Under the pieces are notes generated by a model, which was not told where the DNA came from, ran no database searches, and saw only the letters and a program-made list of their open reading frames with translations. Positions 13,615 through 27,337 of a DNA stretch of 64,000 nt are shown piece after piece. Source of the stretch: Eledone cirrhosa (Eukaryota); the NCBI GenBank assembly GCA_964016885.1, contig OZ024743.1, positions 128,712,001 through 128,776,000 of the forward strand, read 5' to 3'. The translations under genes were made by a program, and so were the position numbers. Each line of letters opens with the position of its first letter. Position 1 is the stretch's first letter.

Positions 13615-15444
13615 AAATATTTTTATCTGTTTTAAATCTTAGTTTCTTATTATATTCTGTTTTACTTATTGCATTATATCAACATATGAACCTGTTATTT
13701 GGCAGTCTCACCCTTCCGAAATATAACACATGTAACATTTAATTTCGATATTATAAGAAACAAATACTGGTCTCTAATTTAATCGAATACTACAACTTTC
13801 CCCTATTTTTTAAGCGATAGTGTGAAAGTTGTGTGATATTTGGTTAGTATTTCTAGCAGGTTGATAACCACATATACGCACTGTCACCGGTTTGAATATT
13901 GTCAGGCTGGTCAAGTGTTGTAAAAAGGAAAACATAACGAAGGCCAGCACTGCGCATGTGTGTCCTATAGGAGAGGAACCTGCAGCAATTTAAACCAAAC
14001 ATTCGCAGAATCAATCTAATCGGTCTTGGAGAACCTGCAATAGTCAAGGACACAACTGCTTCCTCCAGATCTAACGGGAAAATGCACAATCTTTATTTAG
14101 GTGCCACTAATGTCTACGTCTAAAATATTATAGTAGCAAGAAGTTCAATGTTTGAGATACACGACACGAGTCAAATGCGAAAGCAAACATGGAACGTAGC
14201 GTCACAATTTGGTATATATTCTTCTAATTTCATTTATGATGACATGGGGAATTGATAACATCCTCATAAAATATGATACTCCCAAGAAAATAGTAGATGA
14301 ATCACTACCTTCTTACTGACAACTCACGCTGCACACCAGGTCCGAACACAAAAGAGCCTTACTTCCACTCTCATCGGCTCCATCTCTCTCGCACTCCCCA
14401 CCTCTCTCTATTATGAGCTAATGGGGTCCAACGTGCTGGCCACCCCATGGCCCAGGGGGAAAGAATAAGAGAAGCGTTTACCCGGAATATGGTAAGTGAG
14501 ATGCGCTAGAAAAGCCATTCCATCTCGCGAGGCTCACACCTGCTGCTAGCAAGCTCAGCGCATATGGTAGTAAGTATGGAGGAGAGTTTAGGGCCAAGGA
14601 CCCAAGAAAGAAGTCTCCAATGCTAGGGGCTCGACTCTAAACCCGTTGGAGAGCGACCGATACTTCGAATAACAGCAACGTGGTCATTTTAGCAGAGACT
14701 ATGAATAAACTTTTCAAAAGTGAGATATTCAATGGGATTTGAATTTCTTTATTTAACAAGTTTATAAAATATATAGATATAAATTGACATTAAGGTTGCG
14801 AATTGACAGTCGACAGAAGATAAGACTAAATTACTCTCCATATTTGTTCTGGCTCAACGCTGAGTCCAGCTCACGCCGAGATCAACTTTACCTCTTATTC
14901 GTTCTGTGTGGATAAAACAAGTTCGGAAGTAGCGCATTGATGCAATTATTTGAGTGCAGAACAAATACCGGAAATAATTTGTTCCAGCTCTTTACGTGTT
15001 GAATTCAAACCACGCTGTAGTTTATTTGGTGGTAAATTTTAATATGTCACCTTGTTTGACACCACCAACTAGACCTGGGTTGCCTCTCAGAACTCCAGTT
15101 TGAAGATATCTTCCTCCCTTCTCGGGCTTCTAAACAGATTCATGGACACTGCTCTCCTCTGGAATCTGGAAAATTCATCAGAAACTATTAGTAATATATA
15201 TAAAGAATTGTGAGGTTAAACTTAAGGGTAAAATGTATCTTTCACTATGTTATTCCTATGCCTCTCTTTTCTTATAAAATAGTTGGTGGATTTTATATCG
15301 ATCTGAATGAGAAAATCGTTTGAGTGATTTAATTGGGGTTTGATTCAGTTTTCAATAACTGCACGCCAAAAAAAGAAGACAAAAAAAACCCCAAATAAAT
15401 CTATTACAGTATGAATGATTATTATTTCCATTGTTATTTCATGA

Positions 15445-15517
15445 GCCCGGCTAGCTCAGTCGGTAGAGCACGAGACTCTTAATCTCGGGGTCGTGGGTTC
15501 GAGCCCCACGTTGGGCG
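15445..15517 (+). tRNA. tRNA-Lys(CTT), intact
   Basis: Array consensus sequence; T5 terminator downstream. Confidence 0.97.
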
Positions 15518-17324
15518 AAATATTTTTATCTGTTTTAAATCTTAGTTTCTTATTATATTCTGTTTTACTTATTGCTTTATATGACGATATGTACCTCTTA
15601 TTTGGCAGTCTCACCCTTCCGAAATATAACACATGTAACATTTAATTTCGATATTATAAGAATCAAATACTGGTCTCTAATTTAATCGAATACTACAGAT
15701 TTCCCCTATTTTTTAAGTGATAGTGTGAAAGTTGTGTGATATTTGGTTAGTATTTCTAGCAGGTTAATAACCACATATACGCACTGTCACCGAATTGAAT
15801 ATTTTCAGGCTGGTCAAATGTTTTAAAAAGGAACACATAACGAAGGCCTCACTGCGCATGTGTGTTCTATAGGAGTCAACCTGCAGCAATTTAAACCAAA
15901 CATTCACAGAATCAATCTAATCGGTCTTGGAGAACCTGCAATAGTCAAGGACACAACTGCTTCCTCCAGATCTAACGGGAAAATGCACAATCTTTATTTA
16001 GGTGCCACTAATTTCTACGTCTAAAATATTATAGTAGCAAGAAGTTCTATGTTTGAGATACACGCCACGAGTCAAATGCGAAACAAAATATGGAACGTAG
16101 AATCACAATTTGGTATATATTCTTCTAACTTCATTTATGACGACATGGGGAATTGATAACATCCTCATAAAATATAATACTCCCAAGAAAATAGTAGATG
16201 AATCACTACCTCCTTACGGACAACTCACGCTGCACACCAAGTCCGAACACAAAAGGGCCTTACTCCCACTCTCATCGGCTCCATCTCTCTCGCACTCCCC
16301 ATCTCTCTCTATTATGAGCAAATGGGATCCCACGTGCTGGCTACCCCATGGCCCGGGCCGAAAGAATAAGAGAAGGTGTTTACCCGGAAGATGGTAAGGG
16401 AGATGCGTTAGAAAAGCCATTCCATCTCGCGAAGCTCACACCTGCTGCTAGCGAGCTGAGCGCATATGGTGGTGAGTATGGAAGAGAGCTTAGGGCCAAA
16501 GACCCAAGGGGATCGACTCCAAACCTATCGGAGAGCGACCGATACTTCGAATAACAGCAACGTGGTCATTTTAGCAGAAACTATGAATAAATTTGTCAAA
16601 AGTGAGATATTTTATGGGATTTGAATTAATTTATTTAACAAGTTTATAAAATATATAGATAGAAATTGACTTTAAGGTTGCGAATTGACAGTCGACAGAA
16701 GATAAGACTAAATTACTCTCCATATTTGTTCTGGCTCAACGCTGAGTCCAGCTCACGCCGAGATCAACTTTACCTCTTATTCGTTCTGTGTGGATAAAAC
16801 AAGTTCGGAAGTAGCGCATTGATGCAATTATTTGAGTGCAGAACAAATACCGGAAATAATTTGTTCCAGCACTTTACGTGTTGAATTCAAACCACGCTGT
16901 AGTTTATTTGGTGGTAAAATTTAATATGTCACCTTGTTTGACACCACCAACTAGCCCTGGGTTGCCTCTCAGATTTCCAGTCTGAAGATATCTTCCTCCC
17001 TTCTCGGGCTTCTAAACAGATTCATGGACACTGCACTCCTCTGGAATCTGGAAATTTCAACAGAAACTATTAGTAATATATATAAAGAATTGTGAGGTTA
17101 AAATTAAGGGTAAAATGTATCTTTCACTATGTTATTCCTATGCCTCTCTTTTCTTATAAAATAGTTGGTGGATTTTATATCGATCTGAATAAGAAAATCG
17201 TTTGAGTGATTTAATTGGGGTTTGATTCAGTTTTCAAAAACTGCACGCCAAAAAAGAAGACAAAAAAAAAACAAATAAATCTATTACAGAATGAATGATT
17301 ATTATTTCCCTTGTTATTTCGGCA

Positions 17325-17396
17325 GCCCGGCTAGCCCAGTCGGTAGAGCACGAGACTCTTAATCTCGGGTCGTGGGTTCGAGCCCCATGTTGGGCG
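17325..17396 (+). pseudogene. tRNA-Lys(CTT) probable pseudogene
   Basis: T12C in D stem, one G deleted in variable region, C65T; sits in a deleted 992-bp unit. Confidence 0.8.
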
Positions 17397-18316
17397 AAAT
17401 ATTTTTATCTGTTTTAAATCTTAGTTTCTTATATTCTGTTTTACATATTGCTTTATGTGACGATATGAACCTCAACACATGTAACATTTAATTTCGATAT
17501 TATAAGAATCAAATATTGGTCGCTAATTTAATCGATTACTACAGATTTCCCCTATTTTTTAAGTGATAGTGTGAAAGTTGTGTGATATTTGGTTAGTATT
17601 TCTAGCAGGTTAATAACCACATATACGCATTGTCACAGCTTTGAATATTTTCAGGCTGGTCAAGTGTTGTAAAAAGGGACACATAACGAAGGTCAGCACT
17701 AAATTACTCTCCATATTTGTTCTGGCTCCACGCTCTGTGTCCAGCTCACGCCGAGATCAACTTTACCTCTTATTCGTTCTGTGTGGATAAAACAAGTTCG
17801 GAAGTAGCGCATTGATGCAATTATTTGAGTGCAGAACAAATACCGGAAATAATTTGTTCCAGCTCTTTACGTGTTGAATTCAAACCACGCTGTAGTTTAT
17901 TTGGTGGTAAATTTTAACATGTCACCTTGATTGACACCACCAACTAGACTTTGGTTGCCCCTCAGAACTCCAGTTTGAAGATATCTTCCTCCCTCATCGG
18001 GCTTCTAAACAGATTAATGGACACTGCTCTCCTCTGGCATCTGGAAAATTCATCAGAAACTATTAGTAATATATATAAAGAATTGTGAGGTTAAAATTAA
18101 GGGTAAAATGTATCTTTCACTATGTTATTCCTATGCCCCTCTTTTCTTATAAAATAGTTGGTGGATTTTTATAAGGAGCTGAATAAGAAAATCGTTTGAG
18201 TGATTTAATTGGGTTTGATTCAGTTTTCAATAACTGCACGCCAAAAAAGAAGACAAAAAAAAACAAATAAATCTATTACAGAATGAATGATTATTATTTC
18301 CATTGTTATTTCATGA

Positions 18317-18389
18317 GCATGGCTAGCTCAGTCGGTAGAGCACGAGACTCTTAATCTCGGGGTCGTGGGTTCGAGACCCACGTTGGGCG
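18317..18389 (+). pseudogene. tRNA-Lys(CTT) probable pseudogene
   Basis: Acceptor stem starts GCAT instead of GCCC; C60A. Confidence 0.75.
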
Positions 18390-20220
18390 AATTTTTTTTA
18401 TCTGCTTTAAATCTTAGTTTCTTATTATATTCTGTTTTACTTATTGCATTATTTCAAAATATGAACCTGTTATTTGGCAGTCTCACCCTTCCGAAATATA
18501 ACACATGTAACATTTAATTTCGATATTATAAGAATCAAATACTGGACTCTAATTTAATCGAATACTACAGCTTTCCCCTAATTTTTAAGCGATAGTGTGA
18601 AAGTTGCGTGATATTTAGTTAGTATTTCCAACAGGTTTATAACCACATATACGCACTGTCACCGGTTTGAATATTGTCAGGCTGGTCAAGTGTTTTAAAA
18701 AGGGACACATAACGAAGGCCAGCACTGCGCATGTGTGTCTATAGAAGTCAACCTACAGCAATTTAAACCAAACATTCACAGAATCAATCTAATCGGTCTT
18801 GGAGAACCTGCAATAGTCAAGGACACATCTGCTTCCTCCAGATCTAACGGGAAAATGTACAATCTTTATTTAGGTGCCACTAGTGTCTACGTCTAAAATA
18901 TTATAGTAGCAAGAAGTTCTATGTTTGAGATACACGCCACGAGTCAAATGCAAAAGCAAAATATGGAACGTAGAATCACAATTTGGTATATATTCTTCTA
19001 ACTTCATTTATGACGACATGGGGAATTGATAACATCCTCATAAAATATGATACTCCCAAGATAATAGTACATGAATCACTACCTCCTTACGGACAACTCA
19101 CGCTGCACACCAAGTCCGAACACAGAAGGGCCTTACTCCCACTCTCATCGGCTCCATCTCTCTCGCACTCCCCCCTGTCTCTCTATTATGAGAAAATGGG
19201 ATCCCACGTGCTGGCCACCCCATGGCCCCGGCGGACAGAATGGAGAAGGCGTTACCCCGGAAGATGGTAAGGGAGATGCGCTAGAAAAGCCATTCCATCT
19301 CGCCAGGCCTATACCTGCCGCTAGCGAGCTCAGCGCATTTGGTGGTAAGTATGGAGGAGAGCTTAGGGCCAAGGACCCAAGAAAGAAGTCTCCAATGCTA
19401 GGGGATCAACTCCAAACCTATCGGAGAGCGACCGATACTTCGAATAACAGCAACGTGGTCATTTTAGCAGAAACTATGAATAAACTTTTCAAAAGTGAGA
19501 TATTGAATGGGATTTGAATTTCTATATTTAACAAGTTTATAAAATATATAAATTTAAATTGACATTAAAGTTGCGAATTGACAGTCGACAGAAGATAAGA
19601 CTAAATTACTCTCCATATTTGTTCTGGCTCAAGGTTCTGAGTCCAGCTCACGCCGAGATCAACTTTACCTCTTATTCGTTCTGTGTGGATAAAACAAGTT
19701 CGGAAGTAGCGCATTGATGCAATTATTTGAGTGCCGAACAAATACCGGAAATAATTTGTTCCAGCTCTTTACGTGTTGAATTCAAACCACGCTGTAGTTT
19801 ATTTGGGTGGTAAAATTTAATATGTCACCTTGTTTGACACCACCAACTAGACCTTGGTTGTCTCTCAGATCTCCAGTCTGAAGATATCTTCCTCCCTCCT
19901 CGGGCTTCTAAACAGATTCATGGACACTGCTCTCCCCTGGCATCTGGAAATTTGATCAGAAACTATTAGTAATATATATAAAGAATTGTGAGGTTAAAAT
20001 TAAGGGTAAAATGTATCTTTCACTGTGTTATTGCTATGCCTCTCTTTTCTTATAATATAGTTGGTGGATTTTATATCGATCTGAATAAGAAAATCGTTTG
20101 AGTGATTTAATTGGGTTTGATTCAGTTTTCAATAACTGCACGCCAAAAAAGAAGACAAAAAACCCCCCAAATAAATCTATTACAGAATGAACGATTATTA
20201 TTTCCCTTGTTATTTCAGCA

Positions 20221-20293
20221 GCCCGGCTAGCTCAGTCGGTAGAGCACGAGAATCTTAGTCACTGGGTCGTGGGTTCGAGCCCCACGTTGGGCG
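20221..20293 (+). pseudogene. tRNA-Lys(CTT) pseudogene
   Basis: Anticodon arm disrupted (GAGAATCTTAGTCACT: C32A, A38G, T41A, G43T). Confidence 0.85.
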
Positions 20294-22120
20294 AAATATT
20301 TTTATCTGTTTTAAATCTTAGTTTCTTATATTCTGTTTTACTTATTGCTTTATATGACAATATGAACCTCTGATTTGGCAGTCTCACCCTTCCGAAATAT
20401 AACACATGTAACATTTAATTTCGATATTATCAGAAACAAATATTGGTCGCTAATTTAATCGAATACTACAGATTTCCCCTATTTTTTAAGCGATAGTGTG
20501 AAAGTTGCGTGATATTTGGTTAGTATTTCTAGCAGGTTGATAACCACATATACGCACTGTCACCGGTTTGAATATTGTCAGGCTGGTCAAGTGTTGTAAA
20601 AAGGAACACATAACGAAGGCCAGCACTGCGCATGTGTGTCCTATAGGAGAGGAACCGGCAGCAAATTAAACCAAACATTCACAGTATCAATCTAATCGGT
20701 CTTGGAGAACCTGCAATAGTCAACGATACAACTGCTTCCTCCATATCTAACGGGAAAATGCACAATCTTTATTTAGGTGCCACTAATGTCTACGTCTAAA
20801 ATATTATAGTAGCAAGAAGTTCTATGTTTGAGATACACGACACGAGTCAAATGCGAAAGCAAACATGGAACGTAGCGTCACAATTTGGTATATATTCTTC
20901 TAATTTGATTTATGACGACATGGGGAATTGATAACATCCTCATAAAATATGATACTCCCAAGAAAATAGTAGATGAATCACTACCTTCTTACTGACAACT
21001 CACGCTGCACACCAGGTCCGAACACAAAAGAGCTTTACTCCCACTGTCATCGGCTCCATCTCTCTCGCACTCCCCACCACTCTCTTTTATGAGCAAATGG
21101 GGTCCAACGTGCTGGCCACCCCATGGCCCAGGGGGAAAGAATAAGAGAAGGCGTTTACCCGGAATATGGTAAGTGAGATGCGCTAGTAAACCCTTCCATC
21201 TCTCGAGGCTCACACCTGCTGCTAGCAAGCTCAGAGCATATGGTGGTAAGTATGGAGGAGAGTTTAGGGCCAAGGACCCAAGAAAGAAGTCTCCAATGCT
21301 AGGGGATCGACTCTAAACCCGTTGGAGAGCGACTGATACTTCGAATAACAGCAACGTGGTCATTTTAGCAGAGACTATAAATAAACTTTTCAAAAGTGAG
21401 ATATTGAATGGGATTTGAATTTCTTTATTTAACAAGTTTATAAAATATATAAATTTAAATTGACATTAAGGTTGCGAATTGACAGTCGACAGAAGATAAG
21501 ACTAAATTACTCTCCATATTTTTCTGGCCCCACGCTCTGAGTCCAGCTCACGCCGAGATCAACTTTACCTCTTATTCGTTCTGTGTGGATAAAGCAAGTT
21601 CGGAAGTAGCGCATTGATGCAATTATTTGAGTGCCGAACAAATACCGGAAATAATTTGTTCCAGCTCTTTACGTGTTGAATTCAAACCACGCTGTAGTTT
21701 ATTTGGTGGTAAAATTTAATATGTCACCTTGTTTGACACCACCAACTAGACCTGGGTTGCCTCTCAGATCTCCAGTCTGAAGATATCTTCCTCCCTTCTC
21801 GGGCTTCTAAACAGATTCATGGACACTGCTCTCCCCTGGCATTTGGAAATTTCATCAGAAACTATTAGTAATATATATAAAGAATTGTGAGGTTAAAATT
21901 AAGGGTAACATGTATCTTTCACTATGTTATTCCTATGCCTCTCTTTTCTTATAAAATAGTTGGTGGATTTTTATAAGGAGCTGAATATGAAAATCGTTTG
22001 AGTGATATAATTGGGGTTTGATTCAGTTTTCAATAACTGCACGCCGAAAAAGAGGACAAAAAAACCCCAAATAAATCTATTACAGAATGAATGATTATTA
22101 TTTCCGCTGTTGTTTCACCA

Positions 22121-22193
22121 GCCCGGCTAGCTCAGTCGGCAGAGCACGAGACTCTTAATCTCGGGGTCGTGGGTTCGAGCCCCACATTGGGCG
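22121..22193 (+). tRNA. tRNA-Lys(CTT) variant (T20C, G66A)
   Basis: Consensus with one acceptor-stem mismatch. Confidence 0.8.
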
Positions 22194-23091
22194 AAATATT
22201 TTTATCTGTTTTAAATCTTAGTTTCTTATTATATTCTGTTTTACTTATTGCATTATATCAACATATGAACCTCTTATTTGGCAGTCCCATCCTTCCGAAA
22301 TATAACACATGTAACATTTAATTTCGATATTATAAGAATCAAATATTGGTCTCTAATTTAATCGAATACTACAGCTTTCCCCTATTTTTTAAGCGATAGT
22401 GTGAAAGTTGCGTGATATTTGGTTAGTATTTCTAGCAGGTTGATAACCACATATACGCACTGTCACCGGTTTGAATATTGTCAGGCTGTTCAAGTGTTGT
22501 AAAAAGGAACACATAACGAAGGCCAGCACTGCGCATGTGTGTCCTATAGCAGTCAACCGACAGCAATTTAAACCTAACATTCACAGAATCAATCTAATCG
22601 GTCTTGGAGAACCTGCAATAGTCAAGGATACAACTGCTTCCTCCATATCTAACGGGAAAATGCACAATCTTTATTTATGTGCCACTAATATCTACGTCTA
22701 AAATATTATAGTAGCAAGAAGTTCTAGTTTGAGATACACGCCACGAGTCCAATGCGAAAGCAAACATGGAACGTAGCGTCACAATTTGGTATATATTCTT
22801 CTAATTTCATTTATGACGACATGGGGAATTGATAACATCCTCATAAAATATGATACTCCCTAGATAATAGTAGATGAATCACTACCTCCTTACGGACAAC
22901 TCATTCTGCACACCAGGTCCGAACACAAAAGGGCCTTACTCCCACTCTCATCGCCTCAATCTCTCTCGCCCTCCTCATCTCTTTCATCAATTGTCTTAAT
23001 TGGGGTTTGATTCAGTTTCAATACCTACACCCCCCCCCCCAATAGATCTATTACAGAATGAGTGATTATTATTTGCTCTGTTGTTAAAGCA

Positions 23092-23164
23092 GCCCGGCTA
23101 GCCCAGTCTGTTGAGCACGGGTCTCATAATGTCGGGTTCGTGGGTTCGAGCAACACGTTGTCCG
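23092..23164 (+). pseudogene. Heavily degenerate tRNA-Lys pseudogene (anticodon now reads CAT)
   Basis: More than 10 substitutions relative to consensus across all arms; last unit of the array. Confidence 0.85.
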
Positions 23165-24017
23165 AATGTTTTTTTAAAATCTTATTTTATAATCGTATTC
23201 AGTTTTACTTATTGCTTTATATTAGTATTTCTAGTAGGTTGACAATCACATATACGCACTGTCACCGGTTTAAATATTGCTCAAATGTTGTGAAAAGGAA
23301 GAAATAAGGAAGGCCAGCATTGCACAAGTGTGTCCTGCAGGAGCCAGTCTCCAGCAATTTAAAGCAAACATCGATTGAATCAAGCTCATCGCTCTTGGAG
23401 AACCTACAATACTCATAGATACAACTCCTTTCTCCAGATCTATTTGGAAAAAATACCAAACCTTGCTTCAGTGGATTCTAATGTCTACGACTAAAATATG
23501 GTACCAGTAAATTCTATGTTTGAGACACACTTTTACATGAGTCATGTAAAAAATAAAAGAACAAAATGCAAAAGCAAAACATAGAACTTACAATAACAAT
23601 TTGGTATATATTCTATTATCCTAATAATAACGGCAACGTTAATCAATACAAGAGACAATCGAACAAGAAACTGGAAGACTCGCCATAACAGTTGATTAAA
23701 CGAACGACCACAAAGCCTTTGAAATTCACAACAAACACAGACACAGAAATGGTGACTAAGTCATTAGCCTACATATAAATAAAATATTTATTGAACTATA
23801 GCCTTTTATCAAACATGACAACCCACTCAACCTGAATTTAACAACATACTAAATAGAAAGCCAAGTATTTATTTCACCAGGAAAAGACAACCATCGCTAT
23901 GATGATAGGATAACATACTCTAAGTTTATATACCGTATATCTTGTCACAACATACAGCCAGCACTCAGAAAATTATAGCAATTGTGTATAAAATAAAGCA
24001 AAACAATCACAGTGACG

Positions 24018-25059
<1,042 letters not shown>

Positions 25060-25337
25060 TGTATAATAAACAATACAATATAATTACCTCATTACCAGAG
25101 GTTTCCCGAATAAGACGAATACGAAAAACGTCCTCATTCGTTCGTCGGACAAGGCAATATAAAACATAGTGAAATATTTGGAAAGTCCCCCCAAGTCTCC
25201 TCTTGAGGAGACTTTCCAAATATTTCACTATGTTTTATATTGCCTTGTCCGACGAACGAATGAGGACGTTTTTCGTATTCGTCTTATTCGGGAAACCTCT
25301 GGTAATGAGGTAATTATATTGTATTGTTTATTATACA
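25060..25337. mobile_element. Near-perfect ~280-bp palindrome next to (TA)n; Penelope-like inverted pLTR
   Basis: 25060-~25196 is the reverse complement of ~25203-25337; each arm contains a hammerhead. Confidence 0.7.
25239..25314 (+). ncRNA. Type I hammerhead ribozyme, CCGACGA core variant (mirror copy on - at 25083-25158)
   Basis: Stem I ATTGCCTTGT/ATGAGGTAAT, core CCGACGA, stem II CGAATGAGG../..TCTTATTCG, GAAA, stem III ACC/GGT, cleavage triplet GTA. Confidence 0.7.
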
Positions 25338-25411
25338 TTAAATTTTGCTCTGGTACTTACATAGAGCACTCTTCACTCCTATGACTTTTTCAATTTTCAA
25401 CGGAAACTTCA

Positions 25412-25452
<41 letters not shown>

Positions 25453-25496
25453 TATATTGTTATACTTGGGGAGGCTCATATTGTTATAATTGTTAT

Positions 25497-26547
25497 AAAA
25501 TTTTTAGAAGTGGTTTTGGCAGGTTTGCTCGACAAATCAGTGATTTGGAGATAAATATAGATAATTTAATATATCAACTAACATAAGCGCACAGATGCAC
25601 GTCCATGCCAGCAAATACACAGGTTATGTCATAGTACCTAGGTGGTTCAATGCAGGAGGATGCAGAACAATAATATAAAAGACGTAAAATAAGAAAATAT
25701 TTTTTAAAAAATTTAAAAAAAATTTTTTACTTACTTACTTAAATTTTCACTCCAACTAATTAGTTTCTGCAACTAATTATCCCATTGCAGAAACTAATTA
25801 GTTGGAGTGAAAATTTAAGTAAGTAAGTAAAAAATTTTTTTAAAATTTAAAAAAAAATATTTTCTTATTTTACGTCTTTTATATTATTGTTCTGCATCCT
25901 CCTGCATTGAACCACCTAGGTACTATGACATAACCTGTGTATTTGCTGGCATGGACGTGCATCTGTGCGCTTATGTTAGTTGATATATTAAATTATCTAT
26001 ATTTATCTCCAAATCACTGATTTGTCGAGCAAACCTGCCAAAACCACTTCTAAAAATTTTTTGGGGTGTTAGTAGGCGTCAGTCATCTTACCATCCCATT
26101 CCTTCTAACTAGCCTCTGTGTCACGTGATTGATTCTTTAGAATCGGCCATTTGACTAGAAGCAGTGAGAATTTCAGTACATAGAATCCAGTCCTCGCCAG
26201 CTGTTCTATCTACCGAATTATTATTATTTTTATATGAGCCGCCAGTGTCCGCGCATTGCCTGGAGACTCAGCTGAGAATAGACTCCCTGATGACGCAATG
26301 AATTCTCGACAGTTGGATTACGTAACTGTCTTTATCCCATTGCAGAAACTAATTAGTTGGAGTGAAAATTTAAGTAAGTAAGTAAAAAAATTTTTAAAAA
26401 TTTTTTAAAAAATATTTTCTTATTTTACGTCTTTTATATTATTGTTCTGCATCCTCCTGCATTGAACCACCTAGGTACTATGACATAACCTGTGTATTTG
26501 CTGGCATGGACGTGCATCTGTGCGCTTATGTTAGTTGATATATTAAA

Positions 26548-26553
<6 letters not shown>
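25497..26553 (+). mobile_element. Penelope-like/retrozyme-like element: inverted arm plus partial tandem direct repeat (555-bp period)
   Basis: IR 25497-25772 / 25785-26060; direct repeat 25777-25998 / 26332-26553; lies between (TA)n and (CT)n(AT)n tracts. Confidence 0.75.
26282..26363 (+). ncRNA. Type I hammerhead ribozyme with palindromic stem III
   Basis: ACTCC-CTGATGA-cGCAATG...CATTGCa-GAAA-CTAATTAG-TT-GGAGT; ACTAATTAGT is a perfect palindrome. Confidence 0.85.
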
Positions 26554-26639
<86 letters not shown>

Positions 26640-26697
26640 GTGACCCGTCTATTTCGTTCTTACTGCTTCCTCTTTCTCTGTATCTTTACGCTCTCTA

Positions 26698-27205
26698 ACA
26701 GTCACTCTCTCTGTTAGCCTCTTCCTCACCCTTCACTCACTCACTTTCTGCTACTACCTCTCCTACTTCCTCCCGTTTGACCTGTGCGTAATTCTTTTCT
26801 CGCGCACGCTTGACCAGGCTGGTTGTTCCTTTTTTCTCTCTTGTCTACGATTTCACAGAACTTATGTTCACCGAATTCAGGGACTAGACTCCTTCTTCCT
26901 CCCGTTTGACCTGTGCGGAATTCCTTCCTTGCTCACATTTCGACTAGGTTTGATGGTCTTTATTCTCTCTCGTTCACGATTTCACCGAACTTATATTCAT
27001 GGAAATCTGGGGCTTGACTCCTTCTTCCTCACCTTTCGTTGCATTACCATCTTTGTTTGTTTACAGTATCGCTCGTTCCCCTTATTTACGTTTCCCAACG
27101 ACTTTCTTTAGCCGTTGCTCGCACCAACCGGAGGTATATGGTCTTTAAAGCGATGAAATACCAATGAAGGTTGGAAGGTCACTGATGAAGGACTAACTTT
27201 ATTCA
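26698..27205 (+). repeat. Dispersed pyrimidine-rich repeat family, also at ~61205-61368 and ~61473-61988
   Basis: Clear alignment by eye (e.g. CCCGTTTGACCTGT, CCTTCCTTGCTCACATTT, TAGCCGTTGCTCGCACCAACC); ends at (AT)n. Confidence 0.8.
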
Positions 27206-27302
27206 TATATATATATATCTGCAACATCATCAGTGTTACTATTATGTTTCCTCCCATTGTATTGTTAAGTTTACACCATTTTTATTTTATTTATTTAGAT
27301 AT

Positions 27303-27337
<35 letters not shown>

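Larger units (their letters stand above)
1..23640 (+). repeat. Tandem array of tRNA-Lys(CTT)-containing units (~1.85-1.9 kb; 14 tRNA-bearing units; continues beyond left edge)
   Basis: tRNA starts at 458, 2363, 4212, 6060, 7910, 9812, 11693, 13542, 15445, 17325, 18317, 20221, 22121, 23092 (spacings 1905, 1849, 1848, 1850, 1902, 1881, 1849, 1903, 1880, 992, 1904, 1900, 971). Spacers are near-identical and the same spurious ORFs recur in the ORF track. Confidence 0.97.

Noticed and set aside
23092-23164. Anticodon-switched tRNA-Met(CAT)
   Set aside because: Anticodon, D, T and acceptor stems all carry mismatches, so the change is best explained by decay
1-23640. CRISPR-like or prokaryotic repeat system
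   Set aside because: The whole 1.9-kb unit repeats, with no unique spacers and no cas genes; the DNA is eukaryotic
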